From the NCBI GenBank assembly GCA_047611865.1, contig JBLFWS010000007.1, forward strand, positions 1 to 39,806: DNA of 39,806 bases, given 5' to 3'. The translations under genes were made by a program, and so were the position numbers. This DNA comes from Chlamydiales bacterium (GTDB lineage: Bacteria > Chlamydiota > Chlamydiia > Chlamydiales > JBDQID01). The notes under the pieces were generated by a model, which searched no databases, had not been told where the DNA came from, and was given only the letters and a program-made list of their open reading frames with translations. Below, piece after piece: positions 35,998-39,806 of this stretch (positions are counted from its first letter, which is position 1; each line of letters starts with the position of its first letter).

Positions 35998-37222
35998 CTG
36001 AGATCTCCGCTGAAAGGGTGGTGAGATTATGGTTGTTATTTTCTTCGCTGTTTTGCAAAGAAGCTATGACATTCCATCCCCGTTTAGCCAAGGATCTAAT
36101 ATGTAAATAATTTGAGGCAAAGCTTTTTCTTAATTTTGAGAGGGGGCGTAGTCCATTTTCTGTTCGTAAAGCGGGATTAATGCCCTCAAATTCCATGGGT
36201 ATATGTAAGTTAGCCTGTTCTTCACTGCTGACAGAGAAGAACTTGTAGACATTCTGTATCCGCATCATGCGATCCCTGATAAGGGGGTTTCTGGAAGCTT
36301 GTAGAGCTTCCCAAATTCTTTTGTCGCCACCGAAGCTTACTGCTGATAGGGGCAATTCCTGTAGAGATATTGCCTCAGATATCGCTTCGCTCAACCATTT
36401 ATTGCCTAAATAGTTTTCTATGGAGTTCCAGCTAAATTCTGTCATATGTAAAGAGAAAGTTGCGAGTTTTTCCGCTAGGTGTACATCACTTAGGCTCCAA
36501 TATTTTCCATCGAACTTTAGATCGTAAAAGATTTTCATCATTTCTTTTTTTGTCAGGAATCCACGGCGGTACGCACCTTGGAGGTTGTAGTCGAAGCGGT
36601 CAGCGGAGACATAAGGTTGTTTTTGTTTCAGAGAGTGAAATTTAGGGTTTTTGTAGAGAACCTGTGGGATGGTGATGCCATGATTCTTAAGTATTTCGCA
36701 GATATCACTTTTTTCCAGGTACCATCCGTGGATGGAGTCCTGGTAGGAAATATCAGAGTCCTTTTGCGCAAAGAAGAAGTCTCCCAAGTGCGAGAAGGCA
36801 GTGTGTGAAACGTTGTATAATAAACCGGCTATCTGTTCGTGAAGGGGGCGCCCTTGCCTTCTAAGCAGGTGTAAGACTCCAAGAGAGTGATCATAGCGAG
36901 AGAAGTCTTCTGTGCGTTCCATATAGCTGAGGACCCCGTATTGGTGGATTCCTTTCAGACGTTGCATGGCTTTACTATTGATCAGGTCCATTAAGACCTC
37001 TTCTTCAATTTCAATCTCACCATATATGGATTCGACGATATAGGGTTCTTCATCGTCTTTGGAGTGGTCTTCCGAAGAAAGGGGAGGGGGAGAAGGTGTG
37101 TGTTTGAATACTACAGGAAGAAATTGAGGGTCTTCTTTAATAGTCGGTACGCGATTGAGAGCAAAAATAAGCACAGCGAGTAATAGGATGATGGTGGTCC
37201 ATGAGAATTTGTTTTTCAACAT
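35948..37222 (-). CDS. HD-superfamily phosphohydrolase homolog with N-terminal membrane anchor; HD motif degenerate (YN)
   Basis: MQRLKGIHQYG, RYDHSLGV, AGLLYNVSHTAFSHLGD, SADRFDY. Confidence 0.88.
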   Translation of the reverse strand: MLKNKFSWTTIILLLAVLIFALNRVPTIKEDPQFLPVVFKHTPSPPPLSSEDHSKDDEEPYIVESIYGEIEIEEEVLMDLINSKAMQRLKGIHQYGVLSYMERTEDFSRYDHSLGVLHLLRRQGRPLHEQIAGLLYNVSHTAFSHLGDFFFAQKDSDISYQDSIHGWYLEKSDICEILKNHGITIPQVLYKNPKFHSLKQKQPYVSADRFDYNLQGAYRRGFLTKKEMMKIFYDLKFDGKYWSLSDVHLAEKLATFSLHMTEFSWNSIENYLGNKWLSEAISEAISLQELPLSAVSFGGDKRIWEALQASRNPLIRDRMMRIQNVYKFFSVSSEEQANLHIPMEFEGINPALRTENGLRPLSKLRKSFASNYLHIRSLAKRGWNVIASLQNSEENNNHNLTTLSAEISDESKMAMGLTTESQAQ

Positions 37223-37311
37223 CAGGCCCCCTTATAGCGTTCTGATTATGACAAGGATAACATGTTCTGGTAAGCGGGGGATTATTATCAACTATCTATT
37301 GTTCTAAGAGA

Positions 37312-37368
37312 GAAAAACAGGACGGAAAGTAAAAACTTATTTTACATGTCGATCCATCCTGTTTTTTC
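37312..37368 (-). terminator. Stem-loop after the NCS1 gene, possible terminator
   Basis: aaaaacaggacgga ... tccatcctgttttt with an inner gtaaaa/ttttac pair. Confidence 0.55.
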
Positions 37369-37369
37369 G

Positions 37370-38911
37370 TTAGGGTCTTCTTTGCATTGTCGTGGGTTTG
37401 TCAGAAGTGAGCTGAACAGGGACTTCTTCTATTTCCGCTTCTTTAGAACTAACAAAAATCCAGTGAAGAAGTAGGTGAATTGACCCAGAAAGAGTGAAGC
37501 TGACAAACCAGGCATAAGTATAGAGTTCCTGGAAAAAGGGGGAGGCAGCAATGGCACCGTCGCTTGCTGCGTGGAGAAAGCCAGGGATGTTGGGCAAAAT
37601 GCCTGCAAAAACAGCTGATAGTGCACGCCAGTTTATTCCATGAGCATTGTAGGAATATTCTCCGTTGATTTTATAGAGCTCCTCAACATGGAGTACTCTA
37701 CGACGGATGAAGAAATAATCGGCAATCATTGTGCCGCCAATAGCTCCGAGCAATGCACTGTACCCGATTAGCCAGGTGAAGATAAAGGCACCCAAGTCAC
37801 TCATTAACCTCCATGGCATGATGACGATTCCAAGAATACCTGTTAGCAATCCGCCCATCTTAAAGGATATTTTATCGGGTTTGAGGTTTGAGAAGTCGTT
37901 GGCAGGAGATACGACGTTTGCGGCAATGTTTGTCGACAGGGTTGCAAGAAGAAGACCTATGAGGGCTATACCCACAACTACAGGGGATTCAAATTTGTCC
38001 AGTAAGGCCACGGGGTCCCAAATGGCTTCGCCAAAAATTACTACGGTAGATGCTGTAACAGCTATGCCAATGAAGCTAAAGAGGGTCATCGTGGCGGGCA
38101 AGCTGATTGCTTGTCCAATAATCTGGTCTTTTTGTGAGCGTGCAAAACGCGTGAAATCAGGAATATTGAGAGATACCGTAGACCAGAATCCGACCATTCC
38201 GGTGAGGGAAGGAAAGAAGATTTTCCAAAAATTAAAGTCTTTGCTATTGCCTCTCACAGCATTTACGGCTTCTTCGGAGAAAATAACCCCAAATCCCCCT
38301 GCAGTGCTTACTCCCCATACCAAGAGGGCAAGACCCATGATAAGAAGCAGAGGTGCCGCCCAGATTTCCAGCCATTTAATGCTATCCATTCCTTTGAGAA
38401 TAACATAGATGTTCATGGCCCAAAAAAGCATGAAAGAAAAGAACTCGAATCCGGTGATTCCTAAAATGGGTAAGGCAGATTGGTTAAAGGGGACGGCGAT
38501 ATTAAAGCTTTCTAGGATTATGCTAAGGAGTTTGTTGATAGCTTGTCCACCGATCCATGTCTGGATACCAAACCATCCACACGCAACGAGTCCACGCATT
38601 ACAGCAGGTATGTTGGCTCCGTATATTCCAAAGGTGCTACGTAGAAATACGGGAAACGGAATACCGTATTTTGTTCCCACATGAGCATTTAAAAGCATAG
38701 GGATGAGTACGATACAATTTCCTAGAGCTATTGTTAAAAGGGCTTGCCACCAGTGCATACCACTTTCCATCAGGGAGGCGGCTAGCATATATGAGGGAAT
38801 ACATACCGCCATTCCGACCCATAAGGCTGCGTAATTCCACATATTCCATGTTCGTTTTTCGGGAGGTACTGGGGCTAGATCTTCATTGTACAAACTTGAG
38901 TCGACATTCAT
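37370..38911 (-). CDS. NCS1 nucleobase:cation symporter (uracil/allantoin/hydantoin-type)
   Basis: NEDLAP..RTW, GTKYGIPFPV, ACGWFGIQTWIG, LNIPDFTRF, NIAANVVSPANDFSN. Confidence 0.96.
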   Translation of the reverse strand: MNVDSSLYNEDLAPVPPEKRTWNMWNYAALWVGMAVCIPSYMLAASLMESGMHWWQALLTIALGNCIVLIPMLLNAHVGTKYGIPFPVFLRSTFGIYGANIPAVMRGLVACGWFGIQTWIGGQAINKLLSIILESFNIAVPFNQSALPILGITGFEFFSFMLFWAMNIYVILKGMDSIKWLEIWAAPLLLIMGLALLVWGVSTAGGFGVIFSEEAVNAVRGNSKDFNFWKIFFPSLTGMVGFWSTVSLNIPDFTRFARSQKDQIIGQAISLPATMTLFSFIGIAVTASTVVIFGEAIWDPVALLDKFESPVVVGIALIGLLLATLSTNIAANVVSPANDFSNLKPDKISFKMGGLLTGILGIVIMPWRLMSDLGAFIFTWLIGYSALLGAIGGTMIADYFFIRRRVLHVEELYKINGEYSYNAHGINWRALSAVFAGILPNIPGFLHAASDGAIAASPFFQELYTYAWFVSFTLSGSIHLLLHWIFVSSKEAEIEEVPVQLTSDKPTTMQRRP

Positions 38912-39320
38912 TTTTTGCTCCTATTCAATTTGCAGACGAGGATAAAAGACTTAACAAATTCTGTAAAATATAAGTAGAAATTTTAAGAGAGTTAACAGAT
39001 AGGCTTTTGCTGGCGTAGGAGAATAGGTTGTATGCTGTCAGTGTCAAAAGAGTGTCTATATAGGCAGGGCAATCGAATTACAATAATTTCTTGACCTTCT
39101 CACGACAGTAAGCTGCGGGATTCAGAAAAAACATCCCAAATTTAATAGTGTTTCGGTGGTGACGCAGCTGCCGCAGCTCTATTTTTTAATTTACTTGCTA
39201 TACCGGGTCGTAGCGAGCTTGCGAGCAAGGCCCGGTATAATGGTAAGAAAAAAATGTGAGCACCAGCAGGTGCGGCACTCACTCAGGATTTATAATGGCA
39301 GACAGATATTCCAAGTTATA

Positions 39321-39701
39321 CTATCGCTTAAAATATTTAGCTTCTAAGAAATATCGAAAAACTCTTTTAAAATATTGCCTATAATTTGATTGCCATACTA
39401 TATAGGTAATAAGTGGATTGTAAAGATTACTATCCTCTATATTAGATAGAATTTTAGTATGTTTAGTTATTAATTTACTTACTGTGTGTAAACCTTGGGT
39501 GGCAGCCATATGTAAAGGATTCATATAGCCGCAAGCGTGGGTTCTCGGAGTGGCTCCCTTATCCAGTAATTTCAGGGCAGATTTTTCCATTCCGTATTGA
39601 CAGGCTATTAGGAGTTGGGTGGCTCCGTCCTCATCCTCCTTGTCGAAGGAGCATCTTTTGTCGATTATTTTTGGCTCTTTCCAAGTTAAGTATGCAGGCA
39701 T
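39321..39701 (-). pseudogene. Ankyrin-repeat fragment, probably degenerate
   Basis: DEDGATQLLIACQYG...LLDKGA and GYMNPLHMAATQG, followed by a poor third repeat; no convincing RBS. Confidence 0.55.
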
Positions 39702-39806
39702 ATAGCCGATAACTTAGAAGAAGTACTGAAGAAAACTTTGATCTGGGGGATGCTATGCAAGATATTGATTTTCAATGCTGGTTAGCTAAAACAGAAGGAC
39801 TGTCGG

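Noticed and set aside
6880..38973. Many antisense or alternate-frame ORFs of 60-225 aa (for example 6880-7407, 33410-33883, 37731-38408)
   Set aside because: All lie within well-supported genes and show no family motifs.

Overview
Bacterial chromosomal window, most likely from an environmental Chlamydiae (Chlamydiota) genome; this is inferred from the protein families and tRNA style, not proven. The left 6 kb is a compact island integrated at the 3' half of a tRNA-Met(CAT). It has a 52-bp direct repeat (76-127 / 6066-6117), TGCACCA arm-like repeats, an internal copy of a 40-bp end segment, and no integrase. Its cargo is (i) an AbiE type IV toxin-antitoxin locus with intact antitoxin and operator but a triply damaged toxin, and (ii) a coiled-coil/TPR/alpha-beta-hydrolase effector-like gene, apparently split by two frameshifts and followed by a lipoprotein and a membrane protein (toxin-immunity layout). 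Next come two tRNA-Met genes, thrABC, a small basic protein missed by the ORF track, a 202-bp MITE with a 9-bp target duplication, mnmA, a TA-flanked palindromic element, an NSS transporter, a thiolase/3-hydroxyacyl-CoA dehydrogenase pair and prpBC. A 3726-aa giant protein carries SF2-like NTPase motifs, a glycine zipper, a Q-rich tract and a C-terminal Cys cluster. The right end holds LMF1, a plant-type dihydropyrimidine dehydrogenase, a CPA1 antiporter, an ElaA-like GNAT, a membrane-anchored HD protein with HD changed to YN, an NCS1 transporter and an ankyrin fragment. No database searches were run; family calls come from motif recognition.
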